DNA from: Callorhinchus milii
Lineage: Eukaryota
Assembly (NCBI RefSeq): GCF_018977255.1
Contig: NW_024704742.1
Span: 18,912,001 to 18,976,000 of the forward strand
Direction of reading: 5' to 3'
Length of the DNA stretch: 64,000 bases
Shown piece by piece: positions 1 to 12,283 of this stretch (position 1 is the first letter of the stretch; the number at the start of each line of letters is the position of its first letter). Under the pieces are notes generated by a model. The model did no database searches, was not told the origin of the DNA, and was given only the letters and a program-made list of their open reading frames with translations. A program made the position numbers and the translations under genes.

Positions 1-739
1 TTAAGTATAAGGCAAAGAATTGGGGAGATGGTTGAGTATTTGTTGAAATATGAATACTTAGGAACGCTTCTCATTGTGACTCTCATAGTAACTTTGAAGA
101 CATGTTTTGAGCTTGTTATCACGCCACATTTCCCTCTCTGTACAGGGACAGTGGAGGGGGAGAAAGAGATGTTTCTCTCGCAGCATAAATCCATTATAAG
201 ACACCTTTCCCTGTTCAAAGCTATGGCAGGTAGATGATCCACCTATGTGCCTGAATGATTCAATGGCTTTGCGCACATATTTGTGTGCCGCTTCACAAAG
301 CCTCATATTATTAACACTCAGGATGCCAGGGATGCCAGTGTCTGAAGCGGATCAGTCTGTCACTCTCCTGTAAAATGGATTTGTGGTTCTCGGAAGTGAA
401 AGCACATTTGAGCTTCAAAGATGCCTTTGCAATACGATTTCAATAAAGATTAGTCAGAAACGGGTCAGAGAAGATTGCATAAAATGCTTTTGAGCAAAGT
501 AGGATTTTGAAGTCTAACCAACCTGCGAGTTGGGAAATCCACACAGAATAGATGTCAATTACTGACATAAGTAGGGGTTGGTGCAATAATATAATAGCAT
601 TTGAGTTCACACAAGGACATAGGAGATAAGATATGATTGTACTGTATTTACATTCAAACAACCATCTCGGTACACTACTGGTCATATTTAATGGTGTGCA
701 TTGTTGCATCATATGAGACAGAATTATTAAAATGACTGA

Positions 740-1195
740 AACAATGAAAATAAGCAGAAGCCTCAGCCACAGGGGATCTCATAGAGCTGTACACAATTTT
801 AAATGGGATTGAAAAGTAAACTCTGATCAATACTTTAGGATGCACCAAGACAGTAGAACAAGAGAACGTGAGTATAGAGTTGTAAAAACACCCCGACATG
901 TCATCCTGCCTGAAGGGTGCTATATAAATGCAAGTTGTTGTTGTTGTTGTAAAAGGCAATTTCAGGACAGACACCGGGAAGTTTTTCTTTATTTAGAGGA
1001 CAATAAATGACTGGAACAGGTTTCCAGGAAAGGTGGTTGAGACCAGTACACTAAACTGGTATTAAAAGTAGCTTGATGTAGTGGTGGGGAGGTGGAGTGG
1101 GGGGTGAGGGGGATCAGGAGGGGTTGATGTTTGAGAGGGATTGGATCAGATGGCTAAAGGGCCTTCTTCATACAAACCAATCTTGTGATTTTGTG
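740..1195 (+). mobile_element. CR1-type LINE 3' fragment (second family), carrying a short L2-tail insertion
   Basis: Degenerate ORF2 C-terminus and 3' end similar to 46700-47385, 48905-49345 and 58105-58770. Confidence 0.7.
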
Positions 1196-1269
1196 TGATC
1201 TTTAACTTAAAAGAAGAATTACATTTTTAATTTAATTATTAACTTTTAATTTTTAACTTTAAATTAAAA

Positions 1270-3497
1270 GAAGTGGTCTATAATATTGCCTAAAAGAGCT
1301 GTAAATTAAAGGATTGGAAGGGCTTTAGAGATCAGCAAAGGATAACCAAGAAACTGATTAAGAAGGAGAAAATGGAATACAAGAGTAAATTAGCTAGAGA
1401 TATAAATACAGATTGTGAGAGCTTTTACAAGTATATAAAGAGGACGAGATTAACAGATGTAAATGTGGGTCCCTTACGGGCAGAGACAGGAGAAATTATA
1501 ATGGGGAATAAAGAAATGACAGAGTCACTAAACAAATACTTTGCTTCTGTCTTCATGTTGGAAGAGACTAAAAACGTATCAGAAATAGTGGGAACCAAGA
1601 GAGTAATGTTAGTGAGGAACTTAAAGAAATTAATATCAGTAAAGTAATAGCACTAGAGAAATTGATGGGACTAAAAACTGATAAATTCCCTGGACCTGAT
1701 GGCCTGCATCCTAGGGTTTTAAAAGAGGTGGCTGCAGAGATAGTGGATGCCTTGTTTTTGATCTTCCAGAATTCCCTGGATTGTGGAACGGTTCCCATTG
1801 ATAGGAAGATCGCAAATGTAACACCACTATTTAAGAAGGGCAGGAGACCAAAAATGGGGAGCTATAGACCAATTAGCCTGACATCGGTGTTAAGGAAAAT
1901 TCTAGAGCCAATAATTTGGAATGTCGTTGTGGGGCACTTAGAAAGTCATAATATGATTAGGCAAAGTCAACACGGTTTTATGAAAGGGAAATCATCTTTT
2001 AGAGTTTTTTGAAGATGTAACTAGCAGGTTAAATATGGGGGAACCAGTGGATTTAGTGTACTTAGATTTTCAGAAGGCATTCGACAAGGCGCCGCATTAA
2101 AGATTGTTACATATGGTTAGGGCTCATGGAATTAAGAGTAATATATTAGCATGGATCGAAGAATGGTTGACAGAAAGAAAACAGAGAGTAGGGATAAATG
2201 GGTCCTTCTCAGATTGGCAGGTTGTGACCAATGGAGTGTCGCAAGGATCAGTGCTTGAGCTTCAACTGTTTACAGTCTACATGAATGATTTAGATAAGGA
2301 AATAGAACTTAACATATCTAAATTCGCGGACGATACAAAGCTAGGTGGGAAAGTAAGCTGTGAGGAGGACACAAGGAGGATGCAAAGGGATATAGACAGG
2401 TTAAGTGAGTGGGCAAGAAGGAGGCAGATGGAGTATAATATGGGGAAGTGTGAAGTTATTCACCTAGGTAGAAAATATAGAAAAGCAGATTATTTTCTAG
2501 AAGGGGAGAGACTAGATAGTGTTAGTATTCAGAGGGATTTAGGTGTACTTGTACACCAATCACAGAAAGTTACTATGCAGGTACAGCAACCAAAGGAAGG
2601 CTAATAGCATGTTTGCGTTTATTGCAAAGGGGGTAGAGTACAAAATAATAAATAATCCTTGCATTTGATATAGCGCTTTTCACGTCGGGAGGACGTCCCA
2701 AAGCGCTTCACAGAATAAATACACTGTAAAGTGAATTGACTGTATATTTGTGGGCGAACGCGGCAGCCAATTGCGCACAGCAAAGTCCCACAAACAGTCG
2801 TAGATTGAAAATGACCAATTTATTATTGNTTTTTTTTTTGGTTTTGGAGGGATTATTATTAGGCGTGTGGAGTAAGGAAACTTGCCCAAGGTTTCGCCCT
2901 GACCTGCCTGGAATTGAACTCACTCAGGTCTCTCGCTTGCAAAGCGAGTGCTCTAACCACTGAGCTACAGGACTCCACGTAGGCAAGAGTAGGGAACTCT
3001 TACTGCAATTGTATAGGGCCTTGGTGGGACCGCACCTTGAATATTGTGTGTAGTTTTGGTCTCCTTATCTAAGAAAGGACAAACTTGCCTTAGAGGGAGT
3101 GCAATATAGGTTCACTAAGTTGGTTACTGGGATGAGGGGGTTGACCTACGAGGAGAGGTTGAGTAAACTAGGCCTATATTCTCTAGAATATAGAAGAATT
3201 AGAGGTGATCTTATAGAAACCTACAAGATTCTTAAGGGTCTTGACAGGGTAGATCCAGTGAGACTGTTTCCTTGGTTGGAGAATCTAAAACTAGGGATCA
3301 TAGTCTCAGGATTAAAGGTCAGCCCTTTAGAACTCAGTTGAGAAAACATTTCTTCACGCAGAGGGATTAAGGGATATGGGGATAGGGCAAGTAAATAGAA
3401 TTAGGTTAAAAGATCAGCCATAATCTTATTAAATGCCAGGACAGGCTTGAGGGACCGAAAGGCCTATTTCTGCTCCTATTTCTTACGTTCTCATGTT
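1270..3497 (+). mobile_element. 5'-truncated CR1 LINE with frameshifted ORF2 reverse transcriptase
   Basis: ORF pieces include KFPGPDGLHPRVLKE, YRPISLTSV, QHGFMKGKS, GVSQGSVL, YMNDL...ISKFADDTKLGG, LYSLEYRRIRGDLIETYKILKG, followed by a CR1-type 3' tail (cctatttcttacgttctcatgtt). Confidence 0.95.
2644..2983 (-). mobile_element. tRNA-derived SINE (short variant) inserted into the CR1
   Basis: A-box TAGCTCAGTGG and B-box on the minus strand, an L2-like tail ending in (TTA)n, and CR1 sequence that resumes on both sides (caa duplicated). Confidence 0.92.
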
Positions 3498-3559
3498 AAC
3501 AAGATGTGTGTAAAGTGCTAGTGGTAAGCAGCTAAATCTGATATCAAAACCTAAAAATA

Positions 3560-4010
3560 ATAAATAACAATCCTTACATTTGATATGGTGTCTTCATGTT
3601 GGGAGGATAAAGTGCTTCACTGGATATATTGTAATATATAGTGACTGGTTATTTTGTAGGCAAACATGGCAGCTAATTTATGCACTTACAAGCAACCATT
3701 AAATGCATGATCAATTTTATCAGAATGTATTTGCCCAGAACACTGGGAGTGTTAGCCAGAACACTGGGAGTGTTAGCCAGGACACTGGGAGAAACTTCCT
3801 TCTTTTCAAATAGTTCCATAGGATCTTTAATGTTCACCTGAATGGGCAGAGGGGACCTCAGGTAATGTCTCATCCGAAGGACAGCACCTCCAAAAATGCA
3901 GCACATCCATAGCAATGCGTTGGAGTGTTAGCCTAAAAAACTACATGAGTTCAGAGTCACAACATGGGGCATGAACCCACAATTGTGTTACTCAGAGGTG
4001 ACAGTGCTGC
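3560..4010 (-). mobile_element. Deu-domain SINE (SacSINE1/AmnSINE1-like), degenerate
   Basis: Reverse complement of Deu core motifs (gaggtgctgtccttcggatgagac, aaagatcctatggaactatttgaa), with a 21-bp internal triplication at about 3734-3790. Confidence 0.8.
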
Positions 4011-5099
4011 GCACAAAATATCCTATTTAGGATTAGTTACATTATATCTATTTTGCTAAACAATACACAGAATGAAGTATTTTAAAAGAAAACAGAGTCT
4101 GCACAGAATAATTATTTAGACCTGAACAGAATTCTCTTGGATGATTTGACTTCTGAAGTGCATTAGAGAGGATTACTGTTCTGTGACTTGTTACAGAAAC
4201 CAACAGACAGCCATTAATCAAACAAACATTATAAATATCCTTTTTAATATGAACTCCATTCAGGGAACACCGCTACATAAGCCTGAACAGAGTGCTGAGC
4301 TCCCAAGTTGAGTTTAACCCTGAGCAGCAACAGGACAATGTTTCAAGGTAATCCATCCACTACAAATTAATCTCACTGTATAAATATTTATTTGAAATGC
4401 TTTGCTCAGTTCTGCTTCTTTTCAGGGATACTGTATTTATTTTTTTAAAACTTATTTAAGATGAATTACTTGCAATGAGGGATATTATTAATAATAATAA
4501 TCCTCACATTTGATATGGCATATTTCATGACAGGAAGACATCTCAAAGCACTACACAGTATTTACTGTAAAGTGTAGTGACTGCGTATTTTGTAGGACGT
4601 TGTGTTAAAGAATGGATCAACTTCCCAATGCAGGCACGGTCAGCAGCAAGCACTCCCAGATCAGTGACAACACAGATATGTCACAAGATAAAACTCCCTA
4701 TATTCTTATTCCCAGTCTTGGAGAAACACACATACTTGCATCACACGTGCAATCAAATTCAAATAAAAGAATTATTATTTTTGTTGCATCTTTAAAAATG
4801 CCAGTTCAATGCCATATTAGCTGCTATTTTTCCACCATGGTCACACAACCGTTAGAATATAATAAGAATACAATCCTCTCCCATGACTATTGCTCACTAG
4901 CCATGAACTATAGAAAGATGAAGGAACAAATGCTAAGATTACGAATGCTGTTTTCACTGCGTCTCAGCACAGTGCTTCAAGATGTTACCCTTTGTGAAAG
5001 GCATATAAGTGTACGTAGTTGTTGTGCACATTTGTATGCTCGTGAATGTAGAGAATGTTTAAGTTTAGGTTTCTCCGAATTATTCTATTCTCTCTTTTT

Positions 5100-5292
5100 T
5101 AGGTACAGACTCCATAGCAGCCACATGCAGGTCAGCCAGCGTGGCAAGCAGTACTGCATGAGGGCATGTTAAACTGCAGAAAGTTGGTGCTCACCCAAAC
5201 CTTGATGTCTGACAGGCAGGTGGACAGAACATCAATGGAGCTGGGATCGTGACTTGCAGAGGAAAAGTAGATTTGGGTGTCATCTGCATAGA
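5100..5292 (-). mobile_element. L2 LINE reverse-transcriptase fragment
   Basis: ORF 5132..5356 contains FYADDTQIYFS...CLSDIKVWVSTNFLQFN. Confidence 0.85.
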
Positions 5293-5877
5293 AAGTGTGC
5301 TTTTCTAATGGCTCTGCAGCTTCAACAAAGTATGAGAAATTCAACGGGAAGAGCATGGTTCAACAAAGTATTCTCAACTGATTGTTAATTCTTTTTATGC
5401 CTTCTATATAATCAAATCTCCTTCTTGGTGGAGTCCTGAATTTGATCCCTCACTGCACCCAGAGAGAGGCCCCGTGTTTGAAACGGGGTACAGATCCTGA
5501 GCTTTTCGCCGCTGGCGTCAAATACAGCTCAGTCAGTGAGCACATGCACTGACAGAACACAGATTGTTTTCATTCCTGGCTCCAAAGTTTCCATTCAGTA
5601 GGAACTGAGCTAGGCAAGGTCCAGAGCAGGACCTGAGAATGAAAAGGAATGCCAATCTTTGTTGTGTCAGTGCAGGTGCATGCTGCTGTCTGCTGAATAT
5701 GTCCCGCAGGCTCTAAATGACCTCAAAGGACAGGCACAAAGCTTGATGTCTCATTCAGCAATTCTCCTACTAAGTATATATATATATATATATATACATG
5801 AACTAAATACGGGGAGACACTTCACCTGGGTCTAGATGTACTGTATTAACATTGCTTTTTGGAGCACCTAGAGCATT

Positions 5878-6070
5878 TGTGTTGAGTGGTTAGAGCGCTC
5901 GCTTCACAAGCGAGAGACCTGAGTTCGATTCCTGGCAGGGCGAAACCTTGGGCAAGTTTCCTTACTCCACACGCCTGATAATAATCCCTCAAGAAAAAAA
6001 TACACAATAATAATTTGGTCACTCAATCCACGACTCTTTGGGGGTCATTGCAGTGCGCATTTGGCTGCCC
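5878..6070 (+). mobile_element. tRNA-derived SINE (short variant), 3'-truncated
   Basis: agtggttagagcgctcgc...gttcgattcctggcagggcgaaaccttgggcaagtttcc matches 58387-58714. Confidence 0.88.
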
Positions 6071-6619
6071 TCCATCTCCACCTTTCCTTCCAAGTCACTC
6101 ACTCCTGACTTGGATGCATATCATTGTTCCTGTATCTCTCTATCCAGGACCATTATGGGAGCACCATCACCACAAGGACTCACTCACACACTTACTGAGA
6201 CAGAGTTAAAACTAAAGCTTGAATAAGCATGTTAAATGGGATGGATACAAAAGTGAGGAGTGAGAGAGATTACAATAGATGAATCCTGTGGACAAAATGA
6301 CCAGTGCAGACCTAATGGTCAGAATGGCCAGGTTGTCTATTGCAAAATTCTGTGGCTATGAAAATAAGTTAGTACTTCACTCTGGAGATGCTTTCCACAA
6401 CAAATACAATATCTCTCTATAAATAACATTATTGTGTTGACTTTGATTGTCAGAGTGAGTCTAAATTCTTGGGAAAAGATTATTTTTGAAACCCGCAGCG
6501 TAGAATTAACAACAATATCAGTATGGCCTGAAAGAACATCTTACAGAGTCCTGTTTCTTTCATGGAAGTGATATACAATACAATAAGAACCTCTGCATCT
6601 GATATAACACCTATAATGT

Positions 6620-7322
6620 CAAAGCATAATTCACAGGTAATTACTGCAAATTGTACCATGCACGCAACATGGTTCCATAAGGCAACTGTGGCAACCAATT
6701 TGCACAGAGTAAGGATCCACAAACAGTCAAGTGACCAATACAGTAAACAGATTGATGAATATATCTGAAGGAGTATTGGCTAGGATATTGGGAGAGATAT
6801 CCTCTTTCTTCCAATAGTGCTTTGGGATCTTTAGTTTCCTGACCAGGCAAACAAAAACTTGGTTTATCTCATCCAAAGGATGAGGCTTAAATAATAATAA
6901 TAATCCTTGCATATAATATAACACCTGATCACATTGTTGAGACATCTCAAAGCGCTCACTGAATATATTGTAAAGTGCACCTTGTGAGGGAAACATGGCA
7001 GCCAATAGCACACAGTATTGTCGACAAACATTCTTGGATTGAGTGACCACATCTTTTTTAGGCATTATTACTGACGGAGAGTGATCTGCCTATCAACTGA
7101 TGACCAAGTTCTTACTTACCACTAGGTAAACAGAGGGTTGTAAGAAAACTTGCCTAAGGTTTCACCTCTTCCTGCAATGCAGAGCTATCCATAAACTGCA
7201 AGAGACAATTTCGCCCACAAATACACAGTCAATTCACTTTACAGTCTATTCTGTGAAGCGCTTTGAGACGTTGAGAAGTCGTGAAAAGCACTATATCAAA
7301 TGCAAGGATTATTATTATTATA
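6620..7322. mobile_element. Cluster of SINE fragments: Deu-SINE (-), long-variant tRNA SINE (-, 6890-7175) and a 3' fragment (+, 7208-7322)
   Basis: Shared tail motifs (aagcgctttgagacg, ctatatcaaatgcaaggattattatt) and central motifs shared with other copies. Confidence 0.75.
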
Positions 7323-8369
7323 AGAGAGCGTCAACTTACGACTGTGAGCTCAAAGTTCCAATGTGAGGTTTGAACCCATAGGTTTCTGACCCAGAAGCAA
7401 GAGTATCGCTCACTGAACCAAGATGACACCTAAAGCTAGGCTGACACCTTTTATAACTTTACCATGCAAAAAAAGCCTTTCTTCTTTATTAATAAAGCAG
7501 CTATAAAATTTTATTGCAGCAAGATACTAATTTTATTGTTTGTGAACAATTTTGATAGCACCACTAGATGATTAAACATAGTGCTGATTGCACTCTAATG
7601 CATCTGTCTAATAAAGGTTGGAATTTCAAGTAACTTATCAGTAACATAATAGCAGTGTTTAATATGTTGTTTATCAATAAAACGTACACTGCACCTCAGC
7701 AAATTCTTTACAGCAACACCTGGTACAGGAGTCCTACACTAATCCTCTGAATGGTCTCCCTGGCAGTGAACCTTTAACATAAAGTTCAAAGTATTCAATA
7801 TTTTGAATGTTAAATTGCACTTGTATTTACACATAAGATAATCCTTCCAAATATTTACAACCAGCTCCAGCAAGCTAATGGTTGGTACTATTGGCTCTTG
7901 TCTGGGAAGAGGTGTTGTAGTAACAATAAACAACATGTTCTCCTGATTCACAGAGTGGGGTGGAAGAGTAAAGATTGTGCAAGATTATGGCACTTAGCTG
8001 CCAGCTATGGTCCACTGTGACACCACTGATGAACCTGACCAGAACTGCTCACAGACAGCTAAGGCATTGCTATTGAGCAAAGTATTACTCAGATACTGCG
8101 GAATTGCTAAATATAGAGCATGAGGACGTCCAAGCCAACACTTGACGATCAGAAGCTGCGATTGCAGATTGCCAGTCACTCCAGTTCATGTGGCCCAGAC
8201 AGGGTTGTTGTCATCAGATTCTGCCTGATCCTCTGCACAGAATTGCCTGGAACTCAGGTGCTTTAAATGAAACCTCACAATAGAATATCAGAAGTGAATG
8301 TGGCAGACTTAGTTGTCAGGTCCATAAAAATCCGAGGTACTATTGATGATAGATCAACCAGCCGGTCTC

Positions 8370-8765
8370 ATGTGCTGGATTTGTTGGGAAAAGAGCAGAC
8401 CAGTCACGAGGGCAGGGATTCTTCCTACTTGACTACTGTTGAACTTGAAAGCCAAAGCCCTAATGGGTAGAGTGGTCCCAACTAGACAGGCAGCAGAAAG
8501 CTCATCATGTAGTATTTGCAAAGACCAGCTGGTCTCACCCGGTTAAATTCTAGCAGAATCCCAATGCACATCTTGGGTTCCCCAAGTCTTGGCTCTTGCC
8601 AACCTGCACCTAATACTCTCCAAAATTAGGTTAGCAGGATGCATCTCTCCAGAGAGAGAGTGATTGTTGCATGTGTATGTGGAACTCTAAGCAGTTTGGT
8701 TTGGATATTCTTAAGCATGGAGATGCATTTCCATGTGGCCCAGCTGACCAAAAATAACTGACCAC
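8370..8765 (+). repeat. Unclassified interspersed repeat, copy 1 of 3
   Basis: Similar to 28700-29138 and 53340-53895 (cagaccagtcac..., ttggctcttgccaacctgca, ttggata-cttaagcatgg, gctgacc followed by an A run). Confidence 0.75.
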
Positions 8766-8889
8766 AGAGATGAAGGAGACATCCAGCTTACTCTACTTCA
8801 GTCACAGCTCATGATGGCCAATCGTGGAATTATTTTCATCAATAACATGCTAAGAAAATCTGGAAACATGTTGTTATTAAGGACTCTAA

Positions 8890-9117
8890 GCCCGAAATCC
8901 CACATAGTCTTAGCCTGCAAGACCGTTTTGTCTGAAAATCTAAGATTGTGCCAAATTGTGAGAAATTCTTCAATTCTGTCTTCATTTGGATGTGTTTTTC
9001 TCAGCTCATAAAAAGAACCGGCTTTCAAAGTAAGACTGAATTGAAGAATTTTCCACAATTTTGTGCAGACGCACAACAACATGCTTTTACAAGCTAAGAC
9101 TAGCTGGAATTTCAGGC
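8890..9117. mobile_element. Palindromic MITE-like element (about 228 bp)
   Basis: Terminal arms 8890-8922 and 9085-9117 match at 26/33 as inverted repeats; inner arms 8953-8982 and 9032-9061 match at 27/30. Confidence 0.75.
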
Positions 9118-10059
9118 CTCCTGATGAGGATCTAGTGGTATTCAGATTTTGAATTGGGAGTATCCAAAACGTAGACTTTATATCGCCTGCCAAAGTAAAT
9201 TTTTGCCCAGCCGCAATCATTCCCTGGCTACCACTCAGATGTATTTGTGTTCACAGCCTCCATTCCTGACTGCACATTAAAACTGGCTCGGGATTGATAG
9301 GGGCACATCTCTGATGTGAACCTGTCAATCTTCAGTCTTTTACCTTTTGATTGGCGGCAAAACTGGCCTGTCAGGCGGGAGCTGGAAGAAAGAAGAGAAA
9401 GTAAGTGATAGGATTTAAAGGTAGAGGTCTGAGAGGTTGGAGAGTGAGGAAAACGGAATAAGGTGGAATAGGTAAAAAATGGAGGGGTAAAGGTTGAAAT
9501 AAATAAAAACTGGGGAGAAAAGGAAAAATTGTAATAGTACAACAGAGAGACACAGGTACTATGCAATTTTTATATGTGGTTTTACTTCAAACTGTCTTTT
9601 TGTTTAGTTTAGTCATCTCTATGCCTAAACACATTCTGTTCCCTATATTTCTTCCGTGGAAGGAGTGGACCTGATGGGCTGGACAGTCTTCTCTCGTGCA
9701 AGCTTTTACTATGATCTTAATTGGATCTTTTATTGAGATCGTGTGACCTTTCCTTTGGAAAGGGGATGATTCTCTGAGATAAGTCTACAACAACTTCAGA
9801 ATACCTGGTACTGATTCCCCTCAATCCTATCTTGCCAACACAAGTAGACTCCAGTTCCTCACCAAACTGGATCTTTCCCTACAGGTCTTCCAAGGGTGTT
9901 CCTGTCTGGTCACAGCCTTCTGATATAAAAGGCGCTATAAAAATTGCAAGAATTAATATTCACTATTATTAAATGTTTCCTCTCATATCAGATCTTTCCT
10001 TCCTGCATCTTTCTAAGGAGAAAATCCATCTGATGGAAACTGCTTCCCGCTTCATCAAT

Positions 10060-10410
10060 GGCTGCATTGGTATCTGCAGTGTAGACATGATCCACGTGGA
10101 GCTGAAAGGTTCAAGTTTGATTCCAAGCCCTCACTGAGCTGGCATTAGTCTCATTGACCATAAGCTAAGAAGAGAACAATGATAAGCCAGCCAGGGCTCT
10201 CCAATGACTTGTCCTGAAAAGTGCATGTTTATGATTGTTGCCTGAGAACAGAATCAATCTTGGCTCTGATGCCTCCCACGTCGAGCATTGCGTTGTCACT
10301 GGCCATCAGGCTCACACATGAAAGATGTCCATTTGGGTGAGGTATGCATGGGATCCTAAATCAGCATGAGTCACTGCCTTGAAGAAACGAAGGGGAGACA
10401 ATTGGAGAGG
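10060..10410 (+). repeat. Ancient SINE-like repeat; related copies at 25680-25880 (-) and 33380-33640 (+)
   Basis: Shared degenerate motifs (ggctcacacatgaa-gatg-cca-ttgggtgaggta, agccagggttcctgct). Confidence 0.5.
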
Positions 10411-12235
10411 AACACAATGAATCACATGAGTGATGTTTCGCTTTAACTATTAAGACTGACTTCAACGTGTTTTGAATTTTTGTTGTTCATTTCAATTGCC
10501 ATTTTGTTCTCATTGATAACAGGGAACATTAACTCAAAGCTCAGTCTTAGGCTTAGTAATGTCCTGAATGCAGCTAGTACCATGATTATGTCACTGTCAA
10601 AAAAATTCAGAGAAAAAAATTACCTAAAAAGCAATAATAATAAATCACTGCAATAACTTCAATTTGACTTATAAGAAGGGAAACTGGTGAGGCAGGTGAA
10701 CCTCCCTCTGTAAAGCAAACCTGAGATTTGTGTTTGTGATTAAACTATATAAATAACAACATATTTCACATAATATTCCATGATTTAATTGCTCTCTCAC
10801 TGAACTCAATCCCAGAGGCCCTCCTACTCACTCATTCCCTCACCTCATTCAAGGTCCTTCGAAACCTATCTCTTTGACCACACTTTTAGTCATCTTTCCA
10901 CTACTCATTTCCCTTGGCTCCCACCCCCAGCTTGGGTGTTAAGTTCATATTTTTAAGCACTTTGGGAAATCTTCATGATGTGAAAGGAGCTATATAAATG
11001 TAAAGTGTATTGTATTGTATTACTGCTGTGTCTTTCTTGCGTGACTCCAGTGAGTATCTCATAGACAGAAAGCAAAGGGTTTAATTTCCAGTAAACCTTT
11101 AAGCCCTCGACTAAACTGAAATTTACCTTGTTTGCCCTGTACAAAAGCCGATGGACTGCAATGTAAGCATGATATCACCGAACAAGCATTTAAGGTTTTA
11201 CGTCTTCGTAATTCCACTCAGTAATTTAGAGTCTTGTCTGCCTAATCACTGCAAATCATTGCATTGATTGCTTTGGCAGTCTTCCCATTCAGACATCAGG
11301 TGAGATCAGAGAAGCCATCACAAACAGACTCCAAGCTCAGCTTAGAGGAAAAGCATAGCAACGGCACTTATATAACAGCCGCTGGCTTTTGCAATGCCGA
11401 AATGCTAAACTGCACTGCGAGCATGAAATATTTATTTTAAAGAAATTCAGTTGAGCATTAACTTACATTGGTTGCACTACCCAGCATCTGTAACGTGTTA
11501 CTCTACGGCTGTTAATGATATTTGTATTAGCGATGACGTGTTATCCAACGCAACCAAAATCAAAAGCAGTTCTCTGTGGTTAGATGTGGTTGACTGCCAT
11601 TGAATGTACAACATGTCCTGTGATTCCTTTTAAATACAATGACACTCCAATTTGGATGGCATCAGTGAGAGCTTCAGTACCCACATTCTCGCAAAAAAGA
11701 TGAGCATCGACTTTCTGCACTTGTGAAACATGGCTGCTCATCAAGCAGTCTATATTTTATCTGATAAAGGCACAAATGCTTGTCCAACAGAATGTTCCTC
11801 AAACCAATGGCAAATCAATATATTCAGTCTCAGGTGGTTGGGCTTTGGGCGAGGTTGGGCGAGGCAACAACAACAAGATTCCATTTATTGAGCGTCTTTC
11901 ACGTCGGGAGGACGTCCCAAGGCGCTGTACAGTTGGGTCAGGACCCGGGAAAGGGGCAAATGGTCAGGGGGAGGGAAGGGAGGGAGCGAGGAGGGGGTAG
12001 AGAGTCGAGAGGGGAGCTGAGGCACCTCAGTATCCTGGTCGTTCCTTCAGTTCAGCAGAAACAAAAGTTGGATCGTGTGCCAAAGAGTATCATATGTTGA
12101 ATTGTGTATGACCTGATTGGTTCGAAAACTGGGCATGTTGAGTTACTCCCACTGATGCCACCAGCCGCAATGCAGTGGTGTTACAGTGACCTAAGTAAGA
12201 GTGGCAGCCTTAATTCATTTAGAATAGGAAGTTAC

Positions 12236-12283
12236 CTGGTTAAAACAAGAAATAAGCGGAGGTTTACTGAAACAATCCATCAT
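12236..12283 (-). CDS. Candidate alternative first coding exon (MMDCFSKPPLISCFNQ, phase 0), or a recursive 3'/5' splice site
   Basis: The minus strand reads gcagaATGATGGAT...TTTAACCAG|gtaact. It has 16 codons, the same phase as exon 39216-39272, an in-frame TAA upstream, and TE-free promoter-like sequence at 12290-12700. Confidence 0.35.

Noticed and set aside
1372..3341. Reverse-transcriptase ORFs as a functional gene
   Set aside because: Frameshifted, stop-interrupted, 5'-truncated CR1 with a SINE insertion; the copy at 58840-61540 is similarly decayed.
4264..4347. 84-nt plus-strand AG/GT-bounded open segment (EHRYISLNRVLSSQVEFNPEQQQDNVS)
   Set aside because: Weak pyrimidine tract, antisense to the inferred gene, no partner exons and no recognisable homology.
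4612..5172. 186-aa plus-strand ORF
   Set aside because: No recognisable domain or splice context; it starts next to a SINE remnant and ends in antisense L2 sequence.
8798..9220. 140-aa minus-strand ORF
   Set aside because: It spans the palindromic MITE-like element and has no protein-like motifs.
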